Source of the DNA: Anolis carolinensis
Lineage: Eukaryota
Assembly: GCF_035594765.1 (NCBI RefSeq)
Contig: NC_085841.1
Span: 338,777,402 to 338,841,401, forward strand
Length of the DNA: 64,000 nucleotides
Direction: 5' to 3'
Shown: piece after piece, positions 1-13,005 of the stretch
Position numbering within the stretch: position 1 is the first letter of the stretch
Layout: each line of letters opens with the position of its first letter
Position numbers and translations under genes: made by a program
The notes under the pieces: model-generated
The model's database searches: none
What the model was told of the DNA's origin: nothing
The model's input: only the letters and a program-made list of their open reading frames with translations

Positions 1-137
1 TTGGCCGTGTTTTTATGACAGATGTCAGTATAGGTTATTTGGCACTGTTCTGAGTTCAAATTGTTGTTTTATATACTAGTGGTTTTATTTTGTATTGTAC
101 TGTGTGTTTATTTTATGTGTTGTTTTAGACATCTTGT

Positions 138-1693
138 CTACACTAATGCACAGAGCATGGGAAATAAGCAAGACGAACTCCAACTTTTAGCACAGCACCA
201 CATGTACGACATCATAGGCATCACTGAAACCTGGTGGGATGACTCCCATCACTGGAATGTAGCCATTGAGGGCTATAACCTCTTTCACAGAAATAGAACA
301 AAGGGGAGAGGAGGGGGAGTAGCTTTATATGTCAAAAACAGTTACGTTGCAGAAGAAATGCAAGACTGTAATCTGGGAAACCAGCTTGAAAGCATCTGGA
401 TAAGAATCAAGGGAACCAGGACTCAAAAAGATCTCGTCGTGGGTGTCTACTACAGACCTCCAAACCAGGATATAGAAGTTGATGAAGCCTTTTGTCAACA
501 GCTGACCAAACAGGCACAAAGAAGAGATGTAGTAGTCATGGGCGACTTCAACTATCCTGATATCTGCTGGAAAACAAACTCAGCCAAGAGCACTAAGTCC
601 AACAAATTCCTCACTTGCCTTGCAGACAATTTTATGGTCCAGAAGGTAGAGGAGGCAACAAGGGGATCAGCAACTCTTGATCTAATCTTAACAAATGTGG
701 AAGACCTGATCAATACAATAGAAGTCGTCGGATCCTTAGGGGCAAGTGACCATGTGCTCCTGCAGTTTGTGATACAATGGAAGGCTGAAACTAAGACAAG
801 TCAAACACACATTCTGGACTTTAAGAGAGCTGACTTCCAAAAAATGAAGGAAATACTGAGCGGCATTCCATGGACGCCAATATTAAAAGACAAGGGAGTT
901 AACAATGGATGGGAGTTTTTTAAAAGTGAAATACTCAAGGCGCAAATGCAAACAGTGCCAACAAAGAAAAAATATATGGCACGTGCGAAGAAGCCAGAAT
1001 GGATGTCCAAAGAACTTCTAACTGAGATAAAACTCAAAAGTGACATGCACAAGAAGTGGAAAAGGGGAGAAATCACCAAAGAAGAATTCAAACGTATAGC
1101 CAACACCTGTAGGGAAAAGGTTCGCAAGGCTAAAACGCAAAATGAGCTCAGGCTTGCCAGGGACATTAAAAACAACAAAAAAGGCTTTTTTGCTTACGTT
1201 GGTAGAAAAAGGAAGAAAAAGGAGGCGATAGGGCCTCTGCGAGGAGAAGATGGGGTGATGGCGACAGGGGACAGGGAAAAGGCAGAACTGCTTAATGCCT
1301 TCTTTGCCTCGGTCTTCTCACAAAAAGAAAGCCATCTTCAACCTCAGCAACATGAAATGGACGAAGGATTTGGGGAAATCCAACCCCAAATAGGGAAACA
1401 AGTTGTCCAGGAACACCTGGCCGCTCTAAATGAATTCAAGTCGCCAGGGCCAGATCAACTACATCCAAGAGTACTGAAGGAACTAGCGGAAGTTATTTCA
1501 GAACCACTGGCGATCATATTTGAGAGTTCTTGGAGAACGGGAGAAGTCCCAGCAGATTGGAGGAGGGCGAATGTGGTCCCTATCTTCAAGAAGGGGAAAA
1601 AAACCGACCCAAACAATTACCGTCCGGTCAGCCTCACATCGATACCAGGCAAGATTCTGGAAAAGATCATTAATCTTAATCGGAGTATAAATA

Positions 1694-1741
<48 letters not shown>

Positions 1742-2949
1742 CATTAAGGAAGTGGTCTGCAAACACTTAGAAATAGATGCAGTCATTGCTAATAGTCAAC
1801 ACGGATTTACCAAAAACAAGTCATGCCAGACTAATCTGATCTCTTTTTTCGAAAGAGTTACGAGTTGGGTCGATAAAGGGAATGCCGTGGATTTCAGTAA
1901 GGCCTTCGACAAAGTCCCCCACGACCTTCTGGCAAACAAACTCGTAAAATGTGGGCTAGACAAAACTACAGTTAGGTGGATCTGTAATTGGCTAAGCGAA
2001 CGAACCCAAAGGGTGCTCACCAATGCGTCGTCCTCATCTTGGAAAGAAGTCACGAGTGGAGTGCCGCAGGGCTCCGTTCTGGGCCTGGTTCTGTTCAACA
2101 TCTTTATTAATGACTTAGACGAAGGGTTAGAAGGCACAATCATCAAGTTTGCAGACGACACCAAACTGGGAGAGATAGCCAACACTCCTGAAGAAAGGAG
2201 CAGAATTCAAAACCATCTTGACAGACTAGAGAGATGGGCCGAAACTAACAAAATGAAGTTCAACAGGGACAAATGCAGGATACTTCACTTCGGCAGAAAA
2301 AATGGAATGCAAAGATACAGAATGGGGGACACCTGGCTAGACAGCAGTACATGTGAAAAAGATCTTGGAGTCGTCGTGGACGACAAGTTAAACATGAGCC
2401 AGCAATGTGATGGGGCTGCTAAGAAAGCCAACAGGATTCTGGCCTGCATCAATAGGGGAATAGCGTCTAGATCCAGGGAAGTCATGCTACCCCTCTATTC
2501 TGCCTTGGTCAGACCACACCTGGAATACTGTGTCCAATTCTAGGCACCACAGTTGAAGGGAGATGTTGACAAGCTGGAAAGCGTCCAGAGGAGGGCAACT
2601 AAAATGATTAAGGGTCTCGAGAACAAGCCCTATGAGGAGAGGCTTAAAGAACTGGGCATGTTTAGCCTGCAGAAGAGAAGGCTGAGAGGAGACATGATAG
2701 CCATGTACAAATATGTGAGGGAAAGTCATAGGGAGGAGGGAGCAAGCTTGTTTTCTGCTGCCCTGCAGACTAGGACACGGAACAATGGCTTTAAACTGTG
2801 GTGGAGGCTCCTTCTTTGGAGGCTTAAACAGAGGCTGGATGGCCATCTGTCAGGGGTGCTATGAATGTGATTTCCTGCTTCTTGGCAGGGGGTTGGACTG
2901 GATGGCCCATGAGGTCTCTTCCAACTCTACTATTCTATGATTCTATGAT
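138..2949 (+). mobile_element. CR1 LINE, 5'-truncated at the ORF2 start; ORF2 (APE endonuclease + RT) is disabled
   Basis: YTNAQS..GITETWW..GDFN..SDH endonuclease motifs, QGSVLG and KFADD RT motifs, and an (ATTCTATG)n 3' tail. TSD TCTTGT at 132-137 and 2950-2955. Disabled by an insertion at 1674-1739, a TAG at 2541-2543, and deletions near 1892 and 2797. Confidence 0.96.
1674..1739 (+). mobile_element. Extremely 5'-truncated L2/SINE-type 3' tail inserted in CR1 ORF2
   Basis: cggagtataaataaagta(tta)n flanked by an 8-bp TSD ATCATTAA (1666-1673 and 1740-1747). Confidence 0.75.
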
Positions 2950-3013
2950 TCTTGTGTATATATAAGCCATCCCGAGTCCCTTCAGAGAGACGGAGGCGGG
3001 GTACAAAAATATA

Positions 3014-3067
<54 letters not shown>

Positions 3068-3069
3068 CA

Positions 3070-3393
3070 GCCTCTGTCCTAAATGTTTGACTTAGGGTCG
3101 CTCTAAGTCTTCAAGACACACAACAACAATCCTAATTAACTTAACTATCTCATCAGCCAAAAGCAGGTCCACAATTCCCATTGAAATACTAGTAAGTTTA
3201 TGTTAATTAAAGTTATTATTCATCTTGAATATTGTATTGTTCTTTCATATATTTTTTTGCACTAAAATTAGATATGTGCAGTATGTACAGGAATTCGTTT
3301 GTGGGTTTTGTTTTTTTTAAACTACAATATGGCACCCCAACAGCCTGAGGGACCATGAACTGGCCTTCTGCTTTAAAAGTTTGAGAACCCCTG
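3070..3393. mobile_element. hAT-type non-autonomous DNA transposon fragment
   Basis: Ends aaagtttgagaacccctg, the reverse complement of a CAGGGG-type hAT terminal inverted repeat (TIR). Confidence 0.6.
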
Positions 3394-3774
3394 GTTTAAA
3401 GGACTGGAAGGAATCTCTACTCAGAGATAGAGTCACAGGTCAGTAAGGACCACTGAAAGTTTATTCAGAGCAACTCCAAATTCAGAACACTATTTTAAAT
3501 GCGTTTAGCTTAAATGTAATTACAACTGCCTGTATTTCATGCATCCCAATCTCCTCAGATCTTACTGGTAAAATTATTTTTCTTCATTCTATATACCATA
3601 GCCCTTTTCAATAATTCTGTTAATACACAATGAGGGCATAACTACAGCAAGGGAGCACAGTAATTCTTTCCCCCTGCCATCACTGTCCCTGTTTCCCTCC
3701 ACTTATTGAAAAGGAATGTCTGTCCGTCAGATCAGTTTAGGTAGCACCAAAGCTTAGAAATGTATAACTAGTTT

Positions 3775-4003
3775 CAAGGCCCTCCATATGCACAGATTAT
3801 TCATCCATGGATGGAACTATCCACAACTTCAAAATGTTTTTTTTTTAATATTCCAAACCTTGCTTTTGTCATTTTACATAAGAGACACCATTTTTTATGC
3901 TACTGTGTATGACAGGACTTGAGCATCTGAGGATTTTGGTATCCACGTTGTGGGGAGGAAAATTCCTGGAACAAAACCCAAGCAAATACCAAGGGCCTAC
4001 TAT
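3775..4003. mobile_element. Tc1/mariner (Tigger-like) MITE, degenerate
   Basis: Shares gacaccatttt..ggacttgag..gattttggtatcc blocks with the copy at about 57940-58140. Confidence 0.55.
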
Positions 4004-4134
4004 ATTTTCCAGGGGAGAGTAAAGCTAAGGAGAAAGCATTTCATCTCTGTTGTTCTGAACCAAGCACAGTATTGTTTTAAATGCAAAAGCCAGATAGTGA
4101 CCATGAAATCACCATCTTATTTAATAGGGGTATT

Positions 4135-4295
4135 ATAAAGTTGGAAGAAACCACAATCCAGACCTTTGCCATACAGCAACACTTAACTAAAGCACTTCTA
4201 AAATATGAGCATCCGACCTTAGTTTAAAAACCTCCAAACAAGGAGAATCCATCATAATTCTGGGCAGTATATTCCAGTAAACAGTTCTTGCAGCA
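4135..4295 (-). mobile_element. Old CR1 3' fragment
   Basis: Minus-strand translation WNILPRIMMDSPCLEVFKLRSDAHILEVL resembles the CR1 ORF2 C-terminus [29 protein letters not shown]. Confidence 0.7.
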
Positions 4296-4304
4296 AACAA
4301 GGTT

Positions 4305-4572
4305 TTGTTTTTGTTTTTCATGTCAGGAGCAACTGGAGTTGCTTCTGGAGTGAGAGAATTGGCCGTCTGCAAGGACGTTGCCCAGGGGACGCCTGGATGT
4401 TTTGATGTTTTACCATCCTTGTGGGAGGCTTCTCTCATGTCCCTGCATGGAGCTGGAGCTGATAGAGGGAGCTCATCCGCGCTCTCCCCGAGTGGGATTC
4501 GAACCTGGCAGCCTTCAAGTCAGCAACCCAACCTTCAAGTCAAAAGGCTTTTATGCCCTAGGCCACCAGAGG
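4305..4572 (-). mobile_element. tRNA-derived SINE (Sauria-SINE-like head)
   Basis: Reverse-complement homologue of 42966-43238; B box GGTTCGAATCC on the minus strand; A-rich tail. Confidence 0.85.
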
Positions 4573-6112
4573 CAGTTGACTCATGCTCTGAATTTTGTAT
4601 TGAAAATATAAAATCTAAATCTAAAATATCAAATTTCTATAAGAAATTTGCATCCCACCACTATATCTTAGTTACCTCTCTCTCAAAACATTAAACTTTA
4701 GATAAAATGGCTGATTCCATCTTTCTTGAGTTTGCCCCATCTCTCTTTCAGATTGATCTCCAGCCATAACAAGCAGAAATGCAATTGTTCCCTTGTAATT
4801 TCATTTCCTCCCTTTATGTCATCAAAGCTTCATCATTTAAGCTGTTCATTTTGCCTGAAAGGTCAATATCGTGCTACATAGAAGGTGTGAAGTAGTAATA
4901 TGGTTTCTTGTGGTGAGCTTCTTGGAGAATTAATGGCTTTAGGTGTATGTTGATTGGTCCCACTGCCTATATCTTACAATCAGAAGGAGAAGCTGTAAAA
5001 ATCTGATAGAGTGCCCTCCTGGATAACATGAGACACAGAGGTAAGGGAAAAGAAGAACAGCCCAATTTATGGCCAAGTATCTTGGGTGCATGAATATGGT
5101 TCATTAGATAGAAGATTGATAGATAGATAGATGACACCACACAATCACCAGAATCTTTGCATCAAAATGCACATCCACCATGTAAGCCTGTGCCTGAGGC
5201 ATTACATGGAAACTTGTACATGGATGCATTCTTTACATAAGAAATAATATAATATATGTTGAGCTTGGATCTCAGTTGATTTATGACATCAATCACTAGA
5301 ATCGGCCTTAAGGAGTTTTGAAACTGAATGATAAATATTGCTTTCCTTTTCTTCTTTCTCTCAATAGCTGGCATCTTCAGTTCAGTCCTTTCATGTTGTT
5401 CCGGGAGATTTATTGACCACGAGAGAAATTAGGAGTGAAAATAAGACTAGTTGCTCTTTTTGAGCTAGTTGCTCATGTCCAAAAATAGGGCTAAGGAGGG
5501 CTAAAGATGGTTGCAAATAGATCCATGTCTACTGGGGTTGCTCTGATGTTGCACAATGAGGAGTAAGAACAAAATTTTAGTTTTTAAAAACAAAGTGACT
5601 AAAAGACCACTAGAATCCCATATAATCTTTAGTTAACATAGCTTTATGCATACTTAGCTAAGTAGCAGGGGTGCTAAAACCCTGTTAGTGAATTCTGAAG
5701 ATGCAAATTAGGACAACAGCAAGGGTGCCCAATGCCCATCAGTCTGTAATGGGCATAAGAAACTCATCAGCTTTGATATATATTAATGTAACAGCAGCTC
5801 TCTACTGGATATGGACATTACAAAAATTACATATCTAATTCCTACATATGTGATTCCGCTTATGAAAATGTGCCTCCCAGGATTCCTGTAATGTCAGCAT
5901 GCAACTTGATTAAATGTTTCTCTTTAGACACCGCTGGTAGCTTGTCATATCAAATCTGTACCATTGAACAATTAAAATCAGGAAATTGTTTTGATGGTTC
6001 CTGATCCGTCAGATAATAATGCCATGCAGCTAAAGGAAAACTGATGACTTATTTTGAAGTTATAGCTAATTATTATTTATTTCAGACAATTTTCCAAGAC
6101 AGAAAAGTAGAC

Positions 6113-6280
6113 TGAGCATGGTGTAGTGATTTGATCATTTGACTATGACTCTTGAGACCAAGTTTCAATGGCTCATGTATCCATGGAAACCCAATCAGTG
6201 ATCTTGGATAAATCATACTCTTTCAGCTCCAGAAAACACCATAATAGGTTTAGTGTCAGAAATGTCTTGAAAGCACACAA
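6113..6280 (+). mobile_element. Old tRNA-derived (MIR/CORE-like) SINE
   Basis: catggtgtagtg..gactatgactct..ccatggaaaccca..gtgatcttgg; reverse-complement homologue of 34925-35097. Confidence 0.55.
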
Positions 6281-7959
6281 GGCAATAAAAGGACAAAGGA
6301 ATATGGCCCAGACAAGAGAAAACTTTATCTGATTGCTTCTATATGTGTGATAGGAAGCAAGAATGGTGTTCATCTCCACCTAATCTCCTGGCACACTGGA
6401 CCAGCTCCACCTCGAACTCACATGGGATAAATGAAGGGACTGGGGCTGGAGTGGAAAACAACTAGCCAGAACTGGGAGACTGAGACTTGGAGTGGAAAGT
6501 TACCAGCCAAAGTAGAGAGCTCAGACAAGGGGAAAATTCAAAAGGAAAATATCTAGTAACAAGTAGGTGCAGGAGAGGGACACAGGAGGGAAAATCGGCT
6601 GGTGAGAAAAAGCAGGAGCAGGAATACTGATAAGAGCTGGTGACAGAAAGAGTTAGAGATGAGGTACAAATCAGAGAAAATAGCCAGTGCACATGCTCAA
6701 GTTATTGACCATAAAACTGAGCTGTGTCTCAGTATGGCATGGCACTTTCTTCTGTTCACCCAGCAAGGTAATTTGGTCAAATTAACCTGTTGAATCATCT
6801 GCTTGCTTCCAGTATTTGATTGGATTAAAGAGACCCTGGAGGTTTTGGGGCCATTTGAGAATAAAGGGACATGGCAGTGAGTCCCAACACAGTAATAGTC
6901 TAAAGTATCCTTCAGGTATAATTCAGTATATGTAGACTCGTATCCTGTGCCTAATGCCCAAGTGTCATCTAGGAAATAAACCATATGATATGATCTTGCT
7001 AATCTATACAGACTTTATTTGAATATTTATCTTTTTTCCCCTAAAAAGTTATATAGCCACTCATCAACGTATGCAGTGAATAGTTGGGAAGAAGGCACTC
7101 ACAGTAATTGATGGACTTGCTAAATGGATGATACATAAATACACCCTAACTCCCCTCCCCTTCTCAAATAGATGAGCAATGGAATAAATTTTCATCCAGT
7201 TCCAGATATGGAACACATTTTGCTTCCAAGCATTTCTGATAAAAGATACTCAACCTGTAATACTGACTGATTAGGGAAGTGTTGCTCAAAATATTGGAAA
7301 TGTGGGGATATTGGAGAGGAAATAATGATAAAGCTTCCTTGCAATGGTAGTTAGCCTTATAGTCTAAAACTCTGCTTTCTGTTGCTATTAAAAAGATTTG
7401 TATTTCTGGAAGCCGTCAGCAAAATAAGTTGATCATCCCAGCAACCTCCTATTGATAAGTTCTATTTTTGTCCCTCAAGAGTATTTTGGTGGTATGTACA
7501 ATTGTAGGCCAATGAGGAAGAGTCAATACTAATTGATTAAGGAGACCATATGTCCTTCTCAGGTTCAAAGAGAGTATAGATTACTGATTTATGTGTGCAA
7601 GGTAGGGAGAAGGAAGGCATATATCACCCCTTTCTACAGGGATATAATTTGCAAGACCATACAAAACAGCCTGGTTAGAAATTGCCTCCATTAGGAGTAA
7701 AGTGAATTACTAACAGAGAAAATGATTTCTTAGAAGTTGTTTAACTGAGTTCCCAGTAGCTTAATTGAGTTTAATATGGCAAAATGTACAAAACACGTAG
7801 GTGGCAAGTATGAGAACATCATATCATAGTTTTGATATTAGTGAGGAGTGAATCTAAACCTGGTGCTGAACTTGTTTTCAGGACAGGGTTCAGCATCTTG
7901 AAAGGGTGATTTAAAACTTGGACTGAAACCCAGAGTAGATTCCCTGCCCAACTGACATT

Positions 7960-9139
7960 GGGAATGCCGTGGATGTAGCATATCTAGATTTCAGTAAGGC
8001 CTTCGACAAAGTCCCCCACGACCTTCTGGCAAACAAACTAGTAAAATGTGGGCTAGACAAAACTACGGTTAGGTGGATCTGTAATTGGCTAAGCGAACGA
8101 ACCCAAAGGGTGCTCACCAATGCGTCGTCTTCATCATGGAAAGAAGTGACAAGTGGAGTGCCGCAGGGCTCCGTCCTGGGCCCGGTTCTGTTCAACATCT
8201 TTATTAACGACTTAGACGAAGGGTTAGAAGGCACGATCATCAAGTTTGCAGATGACACCAAACTGGGAGGGATAGCTAACACTCCAGAAGACAGGAGCAG
8301 AATTCAAAACGATCTTGACAGACTAGAGAGATGGGCCGAAACTAACAAAATGAAGTTCAACAGGGACAAATGCAAGATACTTCACTTCGGCAGAAAAAAT
8401 GGAAATCAAAGATACAGAATGGGGGACGCCTGGCTTGACAGCAGTGTGTGCGAAAAAGATCTTGGAGTCCTCGTGGACAACAAGTTAAACATGAGCCTAC
8501 AATGTGATGCGGCAGCTAAAAAAGCCAATGGGATTTTGGCCTGCATCAATAGGGGAATAACGTCTAGATCCAGGGAAGTCATGCTCCCCCTCTATTCTGC
8601 CTTGGTCAGACCACACCTGGAATACTGTGTCCAGTTTTGGGCACCGCAGATGAAGGGAGATGCTGACAAGCTGGAAAGCGTCCAGAGGAGGGCAACTAAA
8701 ATGATTAAGGGTCTGGAGAACAAGCCCTATGAGGAGAGGCTTAAAGAGCTTGGCATGTTTAGCCTGCAGAAGAGAAGGCTGAGAGGAGACATGATAGCCA
8801 TGTACAAATATGTGAGGGGAAGTCATAGGGAGGAGGGAGCAAGCTTATTTTCTGCTGCCCTGCAGACTAGGACACGGAACAATGGCTTCAAACTACAGGA
8901 AAGGAGATTCCACCTGAACATCAGGAAGAACTTCCTCACTGTGAGGGCTGTTCGGCAGTGGAACTCTCTCCCCCGGGCCGTGGTGGAGGCTCCTTCTTTG
9001 GAGGCTTTTAAGCAGAGGCTGGATGGCCATCTGTCGGGGGTGCTTTGAATGCGATTTCCTGCTTCTTAGCGGGGGGTTGGACTAGATGGCCTTTGAGGTC
9101 TCTTCCAACTCTACTATTCTATGATTCTATGATTCTATG
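7960..9139 (+). mobile_element. Young 5'-truncated CR1 LINE with an uninterrupted RT/C-terminal ORF
   Basis: ORF 7969-9048 (359 aa; [20 protein letters not shown]), 3' UTR and (ATTCTATG)3 tail. Highly similar to the CR1 at 138-2949. Confidence 0.96.
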
Positions 9140-9226
9140 AAACCACCAATCACCATTGTGCAAGCATTTTCTCCAGTGGGCTCAGTAGTATTCATGGATC
9201 TCTCCTTCCTCTTCATTGTAGTCTTA

Positions 9227-9376
9227 GGGCCCTTCCACACAGCCCTATATCCCAAAATATCAAGGCAGAAAATCCAATATTATCTGAGTGTGGACTCAGA
9301 TAATTCAGTTCAAAGCAGATATTGTAAAAAAAATTGCCTTGATATTCTGGGATATAGGGCTGTGTGGAAGGGCACC
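9227..9376. mobile_element. PIF/Harbinger-like palindromic MITE
   Basis: About 45-bp TIRs gggcccttccacacagccctatatccca / tgggatatagggctgtgtggaaggg(ca)cc, flanked by TTA and TAC. Confidence 0.8.
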
Positions 9377-10279
9377 TACAGCAACCATGTGAAGTAAATC
9401 TGATGAAAGAGTATCCATCATGAGGATGAGGATTCGAACTCAGTGCGATTCAAATTTAGATTTTCCAAGTCACAACCAACTACAATACCACATTAGCAGT
9501 TGTACTCATTCAAGTGAGAGTGAGATTTGTGGCTCTTTCTTCTGCTGGCATTGAGTTCTATGATATAAGAAATATAAATATATTAAATAAAGCTCATTCA
9601 AATAAAACAAACAACACATTTCTTCTGGGGATTAATCTTAATGTTAGGATGAGAATGATATAGGGACTAATCAATCAAAATCATATTTTAAATTCACTAC
9701 AGTCCATAATTCATACATCCATTTCCCCCAACACACAATAATTTTTCTATCACAGAATTCAGAGAACTATTCTAAAAATGTCCAATATCTGCTGCCACAA
9801 AAGTTTCAAAAAATGTGGCTTGACAGACAAACCCAATACACAATAACAAATGGATGCTGAAATGTGAAGAAGCCAACACAGAATATCATCTTACAATCCA
9901 TTGCTATTAAACATAGCAATCAAGGCATTTAAAATGGGTAATATTGTAAACTATAATATATGACATGAAACATAAAGGAAACACACTAACTATAAAAAGC
10001 AATTACTTTAAGTATGTTTAAGATGCATGACTGGGCAAATTGATTTTTGGGGGGCGGTATCTATGAGCCCAGCATCTCCCAGTAGGCTGCACTGGTATAC
10101 TCTACATGACCAAAAATATTTCACATTTCAATTCCAGCTAATTTTCAACTTATTGAAGGGGGAGGGTTGGAGTAGTTAGAGTATATAGGAGATTGTGAGG
10201 TCAAAACTGTTCTTTATACAATGGTTCAGTCTTCCTTTAAATAAGGAAGACTAAACCTTGGGGGGCGGGGGGGGTAGCC

Positions 10280-10481
10280 TTAATGCTTTAATGTCAAATG
10301 TTTTAATGTTTTAAGGTATGTCCAGTGTTTAATATAGTGTTGATTTGCTTATTTATGGTTATATGTATCGTTTTTAGACTTGAAATATTTTCTTTTATAT
10401 GGTTCTGAGGCATTGAATTTTTGCCATTTACTATGTTGTTAGACCACTTTGGGTCCTTCTAGAGGTGAGAAAAGTGGTATA

Positions 10482-10532
<51 letters not shown>

Positions 10533-10533
10533 A
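10280..10533 (+). mobile_element. L2-type 3' end with (TAAA)n tail
   Basis: ggcattgaat..tttgggtcc..gagaaaagtggtatataaat(aaat)n. Confidence 0.7.
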
Positions 10534-11139
10534 ATTGTCCCTTTAAAAAATATGTGGTCTAAGGCTTTGAATTGGGCTTTGTGGGGCTTCACAGGGTACA
10601 CACGGGGGTCACAAGGGCTTCATGCAACTCATAGGCCACACTTTGCCAATCTCCACTGTGCAGAAATCATTTCTCAAGGTCATTAATCCCCAGTGATAAC
10701 ATGAACTACAGTCTGGAGTGGGGGATGCAAGCAAAACCAGCTAATGAAAACCTGCCCTCCTTCTTAGCCCTCACTGTCGCCATCAAGTATTGATGTTGAT
10801 TCCTTAGGCTGACTGCTTAAAAGGCATTAAGAATAATCCTTATTCAGGAGGGACATTTTGTAACAGATTCCACACATAACTAGACCAATACTGTATGCAT
10901 TTGGTGGCATCGTTACCTGAAGAGTAGCAAATTTCAGCTATCTGCCAGTTTAATTGTATGTTTCTGTACAAAAAAAATATAGACGATAATATGTAAGACA
11001 AAAAAAGTATTAATTTAGCAGTTGGAGTATTTCTTTGTAACATCCCATCTCTCATCAAATCAAGTTTTCAAATGTAAATTAAACACTGTCATTCTGCTAA
11101 GCACTGCATATGCTTGGTTATACGTTGAATTTTAAAATA

Positions 11140-11445
11140 CAGTAGTCTCACTTATCCAACATAAACGGGCCAGCAGAACATTGGATAAGTGAATATGTTG
11201 GATAATAAGGAGAGATTAAGAAAAAGCCTATTAAACATCAAAATAGGTAATGATTTTACAAATTAAGCACCAAAACATCATGTTATACAACAAATTCGAC
11301 AGAAAAAGTAGTTCATTACACATTAATGCTATGTAGTAATTACTGTATTTACCAATTTAGCATCAAAATATCATGATATATTGAAAACATTGACTACAGA
11401 AATGCGTTGGATAATCCAGAACGTTGGATAAGTGAGACTCTACTG
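11140..11445. mobile_element. Tc1/mariner MITE family A, copy 1
   Basis: TA-flanked; TIR CAGTAG(AG)TCTCACTTATCCAA / TTGGATAAGTGAGACTCTACTG. Confidence 0.9.
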
Positions 11446-11656
11446 TACTGAAAAACATTAGAGAGAGAAAGAGTTGTCAAATTTTAAGATTAAAATAACT
11501 GTTCAAAAACATCTAGTCTTAAAATAATATTGAAAGAGAGAATTATATTCACATACATACGTATTTGAATAAAGCAACTGAACAGGACTATTTTTATTCA
11601 GAACCTGCATCTCAGAAGGGTACCATAAAACCGTATTGAAATGATTATATTATATT

Positions 11657-11752
11657 AAAAATCAAGCCAAATCAAATCAAATCATTTAAAAGATATACAA
11701 AAGCAAAAATCAAGCCAAATCAAATCAAATCATTTAAAAAATATACAAAAGC
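11657..11752 (+). repeat. 48-bp tandem duplication
   Basis: aaaaatcaagccaaatcaaatcaaatcatttaaaa(g/a)atatacaaaagc x2, one mismatch. Confidence 0.9.
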
Positions 11753-12689
11753 AAATTAACACACATCCTAAAATGTGTTCTTGTTAATACATTAAAAGTC
11801 TGATGAAACAAAAAGTTTTTGCTTGCTGGTAAAAGGAAAGCAGGGAGAGGCCATCCTAGCCTTCTGTGGAAAGGAGTTCGAAAGGATGAGAAAGGCAGCA
11901 AAACTATCAACAGACACCTTTGTTCCCGGGAGAACTTGGGGGTTGGCAGTTAACATGGGTCTTGAATCCTAATAGTTATGCCAGCATAGTCCAGGTCTTG
12001 GAAACACGGGGGTCATCATCATCATAGGCTATCACTTATGGCTGAGTATGATTGTCTTACAAGTGTACGATCTTGGCAATGGGTCTGTAGGTGACTGTAG
12101 AAAATATAGGGGCATCCAGGTCAGGGAACCCCTGAGTCCATAGATGGTGGCTGAAGGCCTGCCCAGGCGTGAGCAGGCACCCACTGCCAATAAATAGATT
12201 ATTCGGTGGCAGACCCAGCAGCTGTCATAGGGTCAAGTTGAAGTTGAAGTTCATGATGGCATGTTAGCCCACACAATTTGACATGATCCTCGATCCATGT
12301 AGTGTGCCAACCAATTGAGCTATAACCAATAAAGTTGTGGCCTTGTTTTAGCCAACCTATAAGTCTTTGCCATTCATTGTGGTCAGAGGCTTACGTCCAT
12401 GCTTGCCTGGGAACAGCCACTGCCATTAAGAAGGTTCCCTCTCATTTCCTCACTAAGTGAGAGTGGAAGAAAGCCTTCTCTGGAGGATCTTAAAGCTCAG
12501 GCAGGTTCATATGGGGAACTATTCAAACTATTCTTGGAATCATGCATGGGAACAAATCGGTGTCAGCGAAGCTGTTTTAACAAAAATTATATGTTTTCTG
12601 TAAGTGATCCTGGTCAGACATTTCGCCACAACATGTTAATCTGATGAAATCTCAGAATAGACTTCCAATGGCAGCCACATGTAGAGTAC

Positions 12690-13005
12690 AAAACATTAGT
12701 CCAAATTATGTGCAAACAAGGCATTTGTCACCATAGCCAGATCCGATATCTCAACAGCTGGTAACCTAGTTTCAACTGTGCAAACACACTCCTAGCCACT
12801 GCAGAAACCTGAACATTCAGGTTCAGAGTTGAAACCAGGTGAAATACCCAAGTTGCAAGCCTGAGATTTCAGGGAGAATGTGGCCCCATCCACCAAAGGC
12901 AGAGTCATTACTCCCTGTTATGGCTTTTGAATAACCAGGAGTACCTCTCCTTTGTCTGGACTAAGTTTCAATTTGTTTGCCCTCACCCATTTCATTAATA
13001 ATAGA
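12690..13005 (-). mobile_element. L2 LINE RT-region fragment
   Basis: Translation KWVRANKLKLSPDKGEVLLV resembles L2 WMxxNKLKLNPDKTEVL. Confidence 0.7.

Larger units (their letters stand above)
1..3066 (+). mobile_element. L2-type 3' end (1-137 + 2950-3066) split by the CR1
   Basis: T-rich 3' UTR on the left; ccgagtccc..gaga..gcggggtac..(TTA)n terminus on the right, the same terminus as other L2 ends in the window. Confidence 0.7.

Noticed and set aside
61-1770. 569-aa ORF with a hydrophobic N-terminus and a poly-Leu C-terminus, as a novel membrane protein
   Set aside because: It is CR1 ORF2. The N-terminus is T-rich L2 UTR read from a TTG, and the poly-Leu is the (TTA)n insert.
6340-6890. 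Possible solo LTR ending in cccaaca
   Set aside because: No matching TSD or clear 5' terminus.
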